A program made the translations under genes and the position numbers. A stretch of DNA of 63,308 nucleotides, counting the filler, from Craspedostauros australis (lineage: Eukaryota), in NCBI GenBank assembly GCA_030167865.1. It is 10 parts of 10 records of this genome, joined end to end, with 100 filler letters (N's around TTAATTAATTAA, not from the genome) between each part and the next. Parts side by side here need not be neighbours in the genome. Positions count along the whole stretch, not along the records: positions 1 to 1,059 come from JALAGF010001889.1; positions 1,160 to 9,752 come from JALAGF010001890.1; positions 9,853 to 12,183 come from JALAGF010001891.1; 7 more parts are not named here. One strand, 5' to 3'. The notes beneath the pieces were generated by a model. It was not told where the DNA came from and ran no database searches. It saw only the letters and a program-made list of their open reading frames with translations. Positions 1-12,283 of the stretch are shown here, piece after piece (positions within the stretch are counted from its first letter, which is position 1; every line of letters begins with the position of its first letter).

Positions 1-1059
1 TAATTCGCCTTTGCTATCAACCGTTTCACCAATAATTTCGGTGGACATATGGTCATGTTTACTGCGCTTGGCCTTTCGGCTAGCCAGACTATAGCAATTC
101 GCTGCACATTTGTGTGTAGGCGTTGAGTATTCTGTAGATGCGCTGCTACTAGAGCGGTTATCATTATTGTCCTGGTTCAATTGACGCAGGTAGTTGGCAT
201 TTTCATCAACTACATCGGCGATGCGACGCTTCTTCTTTGGATTCTTCTTGCTCGGCAAGGATTGGACGAGTTGATGGAAGAGCTCTTGGGTCAAGACCAC
301 ATTGAGGTTCTCATCACTCTTGTTGGAAGCCTTTTTGTCTTCGGACGGAACGCGCCAGCCGCTTGGGCGGAGGCTTGCGTTCTTTGGATCATTCCAGCAC
401 TCACTGGTTTCGTGTCCGATTCTGCCGCATCTCCCACATCTGGGAATGGATTTGCCGTGACTGAATTTTTGGCGTTTATTGTCGTTATTTAGGCGTTTAC
501 CGCGCCTTCCACGACTACGTTCGTCGCTAGCATTACGCTTGCCTTTCTTGGCACCATTGCCCTTTTTGGTGGGGCGATAGCTGTTTGCCACATCAAGGAG
601 GCGACGATAGAGCTCCTTGAAAGAGTGCTCATACACCTGATACCCACTTTGGAGTAGGGCACGGCTGTATTGTTCTGGACTTGCTCGGTCCAAGATCTCG
701 ACCAGCTCAAAGTCTGGGAATGCCGTTGGTGTAATATTAGCTCCTGGCTTGGGCATGAATGGAAGGTACTGATTTAGTTCCAATAGCCGAGCACGGAAGC
801 TTGCTAGTTCACCATGCTTGAATGAAGCATGTTGGCGCATGTAATTGCGCTGGCGTCGCCAAGCACTCGTTGGGTGTCCAAAGAATGGAGCACCCACAGC
901 ATTCAGTCCCTCCTGGAGCTTGCTGCTGGCTGATGAGGTGGTATTGCCACTGACTGCTTGCACTGCTGTCGCAAATCGATTCTGCGCATCCCCCATCAAC
1001 AAGTTGTTGAGGTGGATCATCTTCTGTGCTGCAGTGGTCATTCTCTTTGCTGCCATGAG
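1..1059 (-). mobile_element. Ty3/gypsy-like LTR retrotransposon Gag (partial), probably running into the protease region
   Basis: Manual minus-strand translation is open across the whole contig; it is absent from the ORF track because it has no stop in the window. It reads ...AWRRQRNYMRQH...RLLELNQYLPFMP...ELVEILDRA..., then a CCHC zinc knuckle CGRCGRIGHETSEC (397-438), and ends STEIIGETVDSKGEL. Confidence 0.75.
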
Positions 1060-1159
1060 NNNNNNNNNNNNNNNNNNNNNNNNNNNNNNNNNNNNNNNNN
1101 NNNTTAATTAATTAANNNNNNNNNNNNNNNNNNNNNNNNNNNNNNNNNNNNNNNNNNNN
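1060..1159. other. Artificial scaffold linker (N-run + TTAATTAATTAA + N-run); also near 9753, 12184, 16118, 19258, 20649, 24211, 46865, 61259
   Basis: Identical ~100-nt spacer carrying stop codons in all six frames, found nine times. Confidence 0.95.
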
Positions 1160-4100
1160 GCTGTCAAAGGCTGAGTCCCTAAAGCAGTCTAAAAATTAGC
1201 ACCTTGATGGGCCCATAAAACTTAAAATAAGGTCTAACCGGAATGTTATTTGAATCAGTATTTGGTTTTAGAATATGGGGATTATGAATATGTGATTTGT
1301 TTGGATATCCGAGAAAAAAGGTGTTGAGTCCCAGGACAAAGTGCAGGTCGACTCACTCGGGGGGCTCATATCACACAGAAGTCAACAGGGCATACGCGGC
1401 AGTTGGCTGACTCCAGCGTGAGTTTTTGTACAGGCACTTTTTGCGCACTGGTTGTGGGTTTGGTTAAAATTGTGACAGGAAGTTTGCTCGATGTGCCGTG
1501 TGCCTTGTTCTCTCGAACCCCAGGTACAAACGAACTTTCGTTGAGAACCCAATGATAACCCCGAAAAACTCACACGAACGCCGTGGGGGGAGGTAGAGGA
1601 TAGCCGTTCAACATTCTGCAACGCAGCATTTGTTTTCAGACGTGACTCGTGCCTCAGGCAGAGAGTATGCAGCGAGCGCACTACGTAGCTGTACACACAA
1701 CAGTTCTCTCTCATCGGCGTGGCTGTGTTGTCGCACAGAGATCGAGGAAGGGAGAATTGTCAACAGTGGTGAACCTTGTTGTTCTCTTGTGAATCCAGTC
1801 AACCACTTCACCAGGCAATCTGATCTTGTCGCTGAGTGCAAGCGCCCTGAAATACATTTTCGCTCGGCCGTGTTGGCGGCATCATGACACCAGATCGGAA
1901 ACATGATTGCCAACAACATGAAAACGAACAGTACGTTCCACTCTCGAAGCGTGGTCAATGTTCCCGCTCAAAGGTAAACTCTTTTGCATCTCTTTGTTGT
2001 GTAGCTCGTATGGCACCACAACTTGTATGTGTGGCACAGTCCGAGTACTCGTGGAGTGACGAGTAATCGTAGTCGTACGAGGACTCCTGCAACTCTTCCT
2101 TGCGTTCGTCTTCATCTTCGTTCTCGTGGATCTTTGCGATGTCACTTTGTTCATATCATCTGTTTTCCTGGCCCCAGACGGCAACCGGTTTCTGTTCCAG
2201 AATAGTATCGGGAGAGGAGGTCTTGCAAACCAGACATGATGCGAGAGTCTCCGAAGAGACCAACCCGCAATCTCGGGCATGTACAAATCTCTGTTCCTCC
2301 GCAGTCTTGGTGTAGCTCGCGCCATCCTTCTCGTCCAACGCTTTCGTTTCGACGTATACTCTGGTCGTAAGCATAGATCGTCATATAATATAATGTATTA
2401 TTCTGTAATATAATAGTAGAGAAGAGTACTCTGTTGTACACAAGAGTGACTCCGCTCCCCGCCTGCTTGTATTCAATCCAGACGCTCCATCTCAACAACA
2501 ACATCAACAACGACGACGATCCAAGGCAACAAGCAAGACCAGCCATCGCCACTTTCCAACCTCGCCATCGAAACGAATTACTCCGCAAGCAAGCGAACGC
2601 TGGTTATCGTCAGCGGCGAAGTTGGCTGAATTGTTTCGGAATAGAGGGGAGTGGTGTTGGTAATTGTGTGAGGCGGGTGTCACCACAATTACAATTCATC
2701 CCTTCCTTGTTCCCCTTGCATCCACGGAGTTCACGCGCGCTCTGCGGTTGCCGAGGTGATGGCGCACTATTGCAACTTCGCAACACAACAGGATATGGCA
2801 TAATCACAATGAATATATTAATCCAGACGAGTACGAGTCCAGATCGACGACGCTTCCATCACTCCGCGGCACCATGGTCACAGCCCGTGCTCTGGTCTTG
2901 AGACGGAAATGAATGACGCCATCTTCTTCGGTGGGGTTGATTTGGCCGATTTTTATCACTATATTTTTCAAGGAACGACAACATATTGTCCGAACTGCTC
3001 TGTTATCCCGATGCCTTTTTGAGTTGGCACATATGCACAATGAGGTTTGTGACCGGTTCGTTCTTCGGTGTTTGCGGACATTCTTTTCGACGTTAAATCG
3101 TAGAGTATGCTCCACTCTTGCTCTAGTCTCGTCAACTCCAGAAATTTGGGACACGCTTGCATGGCGACAAGAGCGAAGCAGATGACTGTTTGACGACGTG
3201 TCTCGCATGGTACATCCTCCAGAGTACTCGTGTGACATCTCTCCTGCTCTTCCTTCGTCGCAACCTCGCTCCCGCTCCGTCTATTGTCCTCTCCGTCGCC
3301 CCGTGCCCTGGTTAGCACCCTTCCTTGATGGCAGGTGGCGTCAGATGCGGATGGAGTGGAGCAGTTGTCCTCCCGCTACTCTGTGATGGTTGACGGAAGC
3401 ACTCTCGTTTCGCCACATGTCCAGCCATTCATTGGACGTGTACAAGAATATAATGCAATACCGAATCACAAGCGAACGTGAAGGGGAACTGGAGTTTCAT
3501 GAAATACGTGTAACTCTACATTGTTGTAATAGTGTGTCCACATTGTTGCATAGAAAGATCGAGATTGGCAGTTTTGCCGCTGTATGTTTGTATTGCTCTA
3601 CATACATATATACATACATAAATACATACAGACATATCGCTGTTGTCATTTTCGAAACTAGCGAAACGGTTTGTTGTTGGAAGGACGATCGTCATTCAGC
3701 AGTCATCCATCAATCTAGCCACGTCTGGTTGGCGCCGTTTCCAACCGGTTCAGCATAGGCAATAGAGCAATGCAGGATGTGGCCCGCCACGCCAAATCGA
3801 GACCTTGAACTGGATTCCGCTCATCGCATTTTCGTGTTGGACAGACCACGAGAACGCATGTTTGTTCGATAAGGGACAGTCTATATATATCATTGACACG
3901 GATTATACCTCTTTGGAACACCCTATTATTCAAAGCACTTTTTGAAGACATGGATAGTGTTGCGTCCGATCCCATTTGTTCGTGATCGGAGTCAACTCCC
4001 ACTTTTCCCGCCAAAACAACTCGAAAATGTGAACGAGGAGAATCCTTGCAACAGAGCTGCAGGTACCTATTGTATCAACCCACTGCTATGCGCCCGATCG

Positions 4101-4928
4101 ACCAAGCATGGGAGGAATCCATGCAGCCTCACTCTACTGGTACGATGCACTACACCGTAGTCATAGCGACGTGGACTGCAAGATCAGAGCCTCCAGAAAA
4201 TACACAGGATACCATTTCCATTTCATGACCAGACAACCCTGGCCGTGGATCCCTGTTCTCCGCTTTTCTCGTGTGGGCAACGTAGCGGCTTGTAGTGTTG
4301 AGCACACACGCGCACACCCAAGATGGACGCAAGACGCAATTGCGAATGACAGATACCACACGCACATGTATGCAGGCATCCCGAACACCGACCAAAGATG
4401 TTTGGGCGAGCTGATCCTGCGCAGACGAAAACGCGAACCGAACCGCGCCAACCTATCAGTCCAGTTCATGGCCGAACAGAAGACACACACGCAAGATCGA
4501 TTCCAAGAGAGAAGAACTCTGGGGGAAAGGAGGAAAAATGGCCGCAAGCGCAAGCGCAACGAAAACGATGTCGAGAAATGAAGAAAGGAAGGAAGGAGTC
4601 TGCGTCGGAATCGTGTCATCTGCGCTGATGGCAGAAGCGCGAAGGATTGTGACTCTTCGTCGACAAGCAGCAAGCAGAACACACCCAACCGCCCCCGGCT
4701 TAGGAATTCGATCTTGTCTTTCGCTTTCGGTTTCACATTTGCATTTGCCCTCCACCTAGCTCTACTCTGCTCATAAATCGAGCCTTTCGCCACAATCCTT
4801 CACACCAAACCGAATACCTTCTTCACTTGGCCGGTCGCAACATACCATACGCACATATAAATAATATTCTATAATACTACAAATAGCATCGGCGACCCCG
4901 CAAAGCACAGGACCTGCACAACAACACG

Positions 4929-7055
4929 ATGAACCTTGCATTTCGGAAGACTGATTTTGCCGTCATCTTCGGCGGCCTCTGCGTCGCCGTGTTGTACTGG
5001 CAGGCTGCGGATAAGCATGTATCAAGCTCCATCCCAGCAACGTCCTCGTTTCCACGGGACGCCACCAATGGACTTCATCCACAGGTCGGAGACGAGCATG
5101 GAGCACAATACTCGTACGATGACGAGCTTCTGGTGCCATCTGCAGATGTTGGCGTTCCGCCGACGTTCCACACCGAAGGTGAACCGGATGAAGAATGTGA
5201 CGATGATGAAGAGGCAGCACTTGCCGATGGCATGGAAGATGGGCGCCGCTTGGAGAACACCGTGCCGCTCGATCGCATGATGGCACCCAACGACCCCAAC
5301 TTGCGGTCGATGACTGGCAAGTACAGCGACTTCAAGGCGTACGTGAGACCAGACATCAACACTTTCTACCAGCAGCCGCCCGGCACTTACGTGGAGCAGG
5401 AGCCATCCTTCCATGGCCAAGCCGGAAAGTTTGTCAACATGGCTCCAGTACCGAGAGACCTGTAAGTACATGTCGACGCTGATATTGGTTTGAGCGTTGT
5501 AAAACGAGTCGGCGTATCATTGAGTGGATGATGGAATGAGCCGAGGAGAAAAGAGGGACCTCCAGACAGCAACCTGCTACTGCTATTGCTGCTGCTGGTG
5601 CTGCTGCTGCTACTGCTATCGTCCCATCTCACGCAATGCCCATTTTCGTGTCCACCTACGGATGCACGTTCGTGCCAAATGCTACCTCGCCGACCAATGT
5701 TGCAATCTTCGCATGCTCTCTGCTCGAATGACACCCCGCACTCCATGCGCAGGCATTGGGAGGATAGTAGAGGCGTGCCACGCTTGATCCAGCAAATGAA
5801 GCCATGGAGCGCGGGTGGCACCGCCACGTTCCCCCGCCATAGCTTCATCATGACGGAACAGGGAAATCCCGACAATGTGCTGTGTCGTTGGAGCGTGGTT
5901 CCCGATGTCAGCATGTACTATTGCAATCACTTCGAGGCGCCTGATACATTCATCGGCTCAGCGGAGGCGAAGGGACAGACGTACTACGCAACACCGTCGA
6001 CTCCCACATCGCTGGGGACTCTGGCTGCCCAAGACCGACAGTCGTATGATGCGCACGTTGGGAATCTGGAGTTCGCAGCCGAATACAAGGCATTCACTGG
6101 GGGAGTGGAGTGGCTGAGCATGTACCCCCGTCCTCCGCCGCAGCACCTCATCTGGCCTTCCGAATACCTTGGACAAACTCACACCGTGGTGACCACCGAA
6201 ACGCACTTCACTAGCCACCCACCTTCCGACAAGCTGCGCCACAGGCTTTCCATCAACGACATGAGACGCCGGTGGGACGGGGAGTACTCCCCAAACATCC
6301 AAGATGCGCTGTGGTCGATGGCCACGCTCAGCGATGCACCATCGCAGGACTTGCCATTGGCGGAATACCGCGAACCAGGCAGCCTCACGCTCAAAATCAA
6401 GGCCGCCAGCTGCGCCCCGAAAGCATTTGAAATTGAAGACTTCCTCAGCGGCGTCGAGGTCGACCACTTGGTCAACATCATCAACCGCATGAACATGGAG
6501 CGCTCCACCACCAACGGACACCTGTCGTCAACCCGCACCAGCCGAACCACATGGTTGCCACGCAACACGGATGCGATCGTCAACTCTATCTTCATCCGCG
6601 CTGCGGATGCGTTGCGGTTGGATGAGAGCATGCTGCGCCGTCGCCGGCCGGACGAGGCCTTGTCCGAGAACGACGATCTAGCCCAGCGCAATGAGGAGCT
6701 GCAGATCGTCCACTACAACCAAACTCAGGAGTACACGGCCCATCATGACTTCGGCTACCCAGGCAGATCGGTGTACCCCGATGGCAGGGCGCCCGCAAGC
6801 CGCAGCATCAACTTCTGCCTGTACCTTAACGATGTGGATGAGGGTGGTCAGACCAAGTTCCCGCGGTGGAGAAGTGCGCTGACTCAGGATGGCATCGCGG
6901 TCCAACCAAAGCGAGGCAAGGCGCTGATTTTTTACATGGTGCTGCCAGACGGCAATCTGGACGATCTCAGCCATCATGCCGCTCTCCCTGTCCTTAAGGG
7001 TTACAAGATGTTCAGCAACCTGTGGATCTGGGATCCGGAAAGAACGTCCCTCTAG
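4929..7055 (+). CDS. Prolyl 4-hydroxylase-like 2OG-Fe(II) dioxygenase with N-terminal anchor; exons 4929-5461 and 5753-7055
   Basis: GTAAGT donor at 5462 and CAG acceptor at 5752 join the frames (..PRDL-HWED..). Motifs LQIVHY..EYTAHHDF (HxD), FCLYLNDVDEGGQTKFP and HHAALPVLKGYK. Hydrophobic N-terminal segment FAVIFGGLCVAVLYW. Confidence 0.88.
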
Positions 7056-7519
7056 CGAATGGCAGAAGCTGCACGAGATGTTGACGAGGAGGATGGATAT
7101 TCAGCAAGAGAGGAGCAATACACAGTATATTAGAATGTGCTTGATCATATTGTATTGTATAACATTCTATGAGGTATTGAGCCTGCCCTGCGAGGATGAC
7201 GTTTGTAGAAAAATGAAGAGAGAAGATGCGAGCACGTCGCTGTCGGAAGTGGTTGTTCGCGTGCGTGCACGTGTTGGGTTTAGACGGGCTTGACCGAGCT
7301 CATGCTTCGGACTGCGACATTACTTCTGAGCTCAACTGTACCACTCCAACAGCGATTTGCGCTGTGGCAAACGTCACGCAACCAAATACACTATAATAGC
7401 AAGCCAGAGCACAGAAGAAGAATCAATCAGTGGGAGGATGCCAATGCATTGTACTAGAGTAGAATGTTTTGTTCTACGCTGTACATGACACGCGGGGCAA
7501 TCCAACGAAGGGATAGGGC

Positions 7520-8491
7520 TTAGTAGTCACCGCCGCCTTCGTCTCCTCCGAACATGTCCATGCCACCTCCGAGGTCCATCTCTTCCTCCTCTTCTTCTTC
7601 CTTCTCCTCCTCGGCTGCGGCCTCACCACCGGCGCCGCCGTCACCTCCGCCACCGGATCCGGCGAACTTGGATGGGTCCTTGAGGTAGTCCTCGTACTGG
7701 TCGGCCTTGTCGAAAGAGTATCCCTCGAGCTGGATGGTGACAGCGAGCACGGCCTTGAAGGCGTTGGCGATGGAGTGCGGCACGGAGGCCTGGGTCGGGA
7801 TGCCGATGGCCAGGGACAGCGACGCCAGCATCTTGAGGGCGTCGGAGAACTTGGCGGCCAGGACGTCATCCGTGATGTCGAGGACCTTGGCGTCGAAGAG
7901 GCTGCCGTTGTCGTAGACGGACTTGAGGACGAGACCGTAGGTGAAGGGCTCGATGGAGAGCTTCTGCAGGAGGGCGGCCTGCGAGGCGGTGACCTTCTCC
8001 CCGGCCTGGATGAGCGGCGTGTCGTTGACCATCTCAATCTGTCCGCGGGTGATCTTGGTGGCGATCTGCAGGGTCTGGAAGAAGGCGGTCTGGCCTGGAT
8101 CGCAGCCGGTTGGTCCCTTGGGGACGATGACGTTGATGGGGGCCAGGGATCCCACGCGCGCTGGGGCTGGACGCGTGTTGCTCTCGAGGACCTCGCGCAC
8201 CTCTCCGAGGTCTCCGTTGGTGAAGACGAAGCCCACGTTGCCGCGGCAGGTGGAGATGAGCTGCTCGGCCGGGTGGCCTGGGTTTTCCTCCATGAACTCG
8301 CGGATGCACTTGCGCATCATGGTGTTCTTTCCCATCAGCACCTCGCCCTTGCCGCGGAGGCCCTTGCGGGTCATCTGCAGCTGCATGGATCCGACATTGT
8401 CGATCTCCACGATGAAGCACTTGGAGTAGGTGGACAGGAGGGCCTTGAACTTCTCGAAGTACTCGGCCTTGCGTTCTGGAGAGAGAGGCAT
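7520..8491 (-). CDS. RPLP0: 60S acidic ribosomal protein P0 (uL10)
   Basis: Motifs DNVGSMQLQ, VLMGKNTMMRK, GNVGFVFT, GPTGCDPGQTAFFQ and TKITRGQIE, with an acidic C-terminal tail EEEEMDLGGGMDMFG. Confidence 0.98.
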   Translation of the reverse strand: MPLSPERKAEYFEKFKALLSTYSKCFIVEIDNVGSMQLQMTRKGLRGKGEVLMGKNTMMRKCIREFMEENPGHPAEQLISTCRGNVGFVFTNGDLGEVREVLESNTRPAPARVGSLAPINVIVPKGPTGCDPGQTAFFQTLQIATKITRGQIEMVNDTPLIQAGEKVTASQAALLQKLSIEPFTYGLVLKSVYDNGSLFDAKVLDITDDVLAAKFSDALKMLASLSLAIGIPTQASVPHSIANAFKAVLAVTIQLEGYSFDKADQYEDYLKDPSKFAGSGGGGDGGAGGEAAAEEEKEEEEEEEMDLGGGMDMFGGDEGGGDY

Positions 8492-9853
8492 GTTGTCAGT
8501 TGTCAGTTGCTTTGCCTTGCTTTGCTTGCTTAGTGGTACGCGTGCTGGTCAAGTAAACAACACAAGAGAATGTTTAGGAGGTATTGCGGAGGGAGAAGCT
8601 TTGGACGCTGCGGTTCGAAGTCTAGACAACAACGGATGCAACAGTTTAACCTTGGCTTGGCTTGTTTCTTCAGGATGGCATTCGACCTTCCGGTTTTGTG
8701 ATTTGGTCTGGGATGCGAGGTGGGTCGAAATGTTGGGGTCTGCATTTGTTGTTGTTGGCGGTTGGTCGCCAATCAACGCACAAACACCGTGGCCACACAC
8801 GCAACGCGCCATGGTCGTTTCCAACCACGGTTGTCGCGCTGCTGCGCGTTGTTGGTGTGGCAAGCTCAGTCGTGGAGAAACCAATTCACGTTTGGGATCA
8901 ATCGGAATAGTAAGCGGTAGGCTGGGAGGAAAGCAACAACAATCGTACGGACAGGCAGACATACGGACTCTTGGATGCGATGATCAATCGGTCTTTCCCT
9001 CTCTAGATTTCATACGGAGGCTACAGGACAGTGCACGATTCTGGTTCCAACTCTTGCGAGCTGCTCTCGCATGGTCAGCATTGTATAACGCACTCTACAG
9101 TTACTCTGCAATGCTCATTCCACCCCGCTCTTGCCCTGATAAATGCAATTCTACGCGGGGACGTCACACCAACACAGGGGTCGGCACGGAGCCGCCTCGC
9201 AGAACACGCACGTGCATGTCTAGCGAGCGCAGAAGGTCGCAGAGTGCGTGTGGATCATCGGAGCCGTTCGCATTGTTCGTGCGTATTCGTCGTGCCGCAA
9301 CCGGCGCATGGATACGTCCTGTGGTACACGTACGAGTAGATTAGAGTCGAGTCGAGTCGAGTACACGGTAATGACATCAGAAAGGTTCCGGATGTGCTGC
9401 CGCCTGACTGTTCTGATCCTGCCCGTGTTCTCTGTTGCTCGTGCGTTCTCTTCCGTGCCACGCGGTAGGACGAAACGGCAGACGCAATGTGGAATGTCGA
9501 GGATTGGGCTTTCCAACAACTCATTAGTATCACCGCTGCAAAGAATTGGAGGTACCGCAGAATATCGTCAGAGTATCTACTCTACTCTGCTCCACCCTGC
9601 TCTACGAACATCTACCCTCCTCGTGCTCTTGCATCTTTCAGAATCCGCCACCTTCATCTATCGGTGGCGACAATGGATAACACTGCTCGACTGGAATAGC
9701 ATGCGAGATGAGGAATGACGCGGGAACGAGAGGTCCGTTTCGCCAAGGGCCTNNNNNNNNNNNNNNNNNNNNNNNNNNNNNNNNNNNNNNNNNNNNTTAA
9801 TTAATTAANNNNNNNNNNNNNNNNNNNNNNNNNNNNNNNNNNNNNNNNNNNNG

Positions 9854-11830
9854 GAGTCGACTCCTGCGATCTGTGAGTATCCGCATGCAATGAGTCTGGC
9901 GATGAATACGCTGTTCCTCTTCTCCTTGAATACCCCTTTTTCTTCACGCATCGCCGATCTCTCGGCATCTCACTCTTCTTGATCTTCTTGATCTTCTGCC
10001 AGACTCCTCGTCTGACCATGTCATAGAACTCCTTATTGATGGCATCTCGCCATTTCTTTTCCTTCGCTGGATCCGCATGATCCCAGTATTCTTCAAATGT
10101 GGTGGGGTCCAGCATCACAGCCGTGTATGCATGCTTCGGACGTCTTAACCCCTCTCTTGCGGTTGCTGAGGTCNNCTCTGTTTCCTCAGCTGACTCACCA
10201 CCTCCACTGCTTGAATCTGTGTCGGAGTGGTGTTCTGGCATGTTGTTGTGCGGTGCCAAGCCGCGTAGCATCCGTGGCATCTTTGCCACTGGTCTCATGG
10301 GAGATTATGTGAGGTCCTTGCCTTCAGCAGGTTGCCTCCGAGTCTCTCGTACTTCGTCCCTTCCGCTAGTCAGGATCCACATGATCCTATCATTCCTCAG
10401 GCGCATATAGACTCGGCATCATTTCATTTTTGATGTGCACGAATCTCTCTCGCCGTCACGTTCGCTCTCAACGTCCTGACTCGCAGCGATGAAGTCGATC
10501 ACTCTCATCCTTCATTGGATAGCATCGATCCTCGTGCCTGCGACGTCCTTGTTGATGATTGACCCGTCTTGGTCGAAGTTGGGTCCGTCTGTTGCCACTG
10601 GAGCTGTCATTGTCTCCTGTGCAGTTGCGTAGCCATCGTCATCTCCTGATTATGATGCTTCGTTCGTCACCCTCGTTGGGTGTTGGCATATTGTAATAAG
10701 CTGCCGGCTCTGTCGTCGTGTTGCCTTGCAACCACGTTGTCGATCGCCTTCATCCTCTTCTGGATAGCATCGATTCATCATGCTGCAGCTTTTTCGTCAT
10801 GGGAGTTGTTGGTGGCCTCCTGCCATTCATCCTCCATTCATCTGAGGTTCCTCCCTTCCGGCTCTGTCATTGGATTCTTCATCCGACATGCCCGCGTTTC
10901 TCATTGCTTGTGTATCGACGTATCTTGACTCACTGTATCTAGAGTCTGCCTTCCGTGGCTTTTGCTCTCATAGCTGTGTCATATCCAGATCCGAGTCTCT
11001 CTCGTCGATTTCATTCTCATCGCTCATCGATCTCATATCTGTGCTCGTAGTATCTTGCTGATCATTCGGCATCCGGTTCTTCTTGATCATCTCCCATGCT
11101 CATGCCATGGCTATATCACTGAACCGTACCATCATGGCCTCCCGCCATTCATTGCTCTTCTCGGAATCCATATGACTCCGTCATTCGTCAATTGTGGTTG
11201 GATCCAGCATCATTGCGTCATTTGCTTGCTCGGATCCCTCTCTGTTATGTTGATNNTTCAATGCTTGGTTCACAGTGATGAAGTCACCCAAGCTCATCCT
11301 CTCATGAGTGGTGCCAATCATCATGCCTGCGATATCTCTGTTGAATGTTGACCCATCAATATGATGGTTGGGTCCTCCTGTCGCCGGTAGTGTGGTAGTC
11401 ATCTCTTGAGTGGTCTCATACCCCTCATCATCCTTCTGATTCCGATTCTCCACTTGATCCAAGTTCTCGCTCCTCCTTTGGATGGGTGTATTATTGTACC
11501 CCGCGAGAGCACTTAGCATCCTCGGCATGCGCGCAACAGGTTCTGCGATTGGGACCGTGCTTGGTTCGTNTTCGACCATATCGTCTCGTCCCGTCTCATC
11601 GTCCCTTCCGGATTCATCGTCGTCGTTATCGTACGATTCATTGTCCCCTTGGGTAGGGAGCAAGTCATCTTGCCCGCGAGCAGTGTCTTCTGTATCTGTA
11701 TCTTCTCCGGCTCTTCTGCTCTGATCAGCGTCGTCGGTCTCCATGCTTCGGATGGTATCCGTTCGTCGCTCCCAAGTCACTCATCTATTTGGGGAAACAT
11801 TCCCCGATGTAGAGTCGTTATTTCCCAGGT
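9854..11830 (-). mobile_element. Degenerate Ty1/copia fragments: repeated integrase-RT linker and RT N-terminus
   Basis: DPTTFEEYWDHADP..KWRDAINKEF..MVRRGVWQKIKKSEMPRDRRCVK is the typical copia RT start. Related decayed copies with stops and frameshifts lie near 10330-10430, 10740-10880 and 11060-11220. Confidence 0.8.
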
Positions 11831-11871
11831 CTATCAGTACTGACCTGTTGGCGTTCTTAATACTCTCAAAT

Positions 11872-12183
11872 TATCAACATCTAGATCGAAATTAGGTACC
11901 CATCTCCCATGACTGAAACGTGATTCATTATTTTTGATTCGACTCGATTTGAGAGTATAGTCGANNNNNNNNNNNNNNNNNNNNNNNNNNNNNNNNNNNN
12001 NNNNNNNNNNNNNTGACGTAGGCACTGACATCATCGTATGACGTCAGAGGATCGGTCATTGTGATCCTCGGAATCGAGATTATATTTTAGTCATGGTACG
12101 CTGACCTGTCTAGCCTAGCCGAGTGCATCATCGAGCACGTGGCAACAACATTTAGGATCCAGAACAACATCGTCAGAGGTGAT
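11872..12183. repeat. LTR-like fragment, inverted diverged copy of the element at 48236-48859
   Basis: TCAACATCTAGATCGAAATTAGG...GATTCGACTCGATT...TAGGCACTGACATCA...GTCAGAGGATCG...AGTCATGGTA aligns to the reverse complement of ~48590-48859. Confidence 0.75.
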
Positions 12184-12283
12184 NNNNNNNNNNNNNNNNN
12201 NNNNNNNNNNNNNNNNNNNNNNNNNNNTTAATTAATTAANNNNNNNNNNNNNNNNNNNNNNNNNNNNNNNNNNNNNNNNNNNN

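Noticed and set aside
1104..1115. TTAATTAATTAA as a biological repeat or TSD
   Set aside because: It is always embedded in N-runs, so it is an assembly linker.
1160..4900. PBS/LTR of the gypsy element and short ORFs
   Set aside because: TGGAGTCAGCCAAC on the minus strand (~1402-1415) could be a PBS, but no matching LTR pair or tRNA could be established. The ORFs were unrecognisable.
8430..9344. 304-aa ORF upstream of RPLP0
   Set aside because: It covers the RPLP0 start and promoter and has no protein-like motifs.
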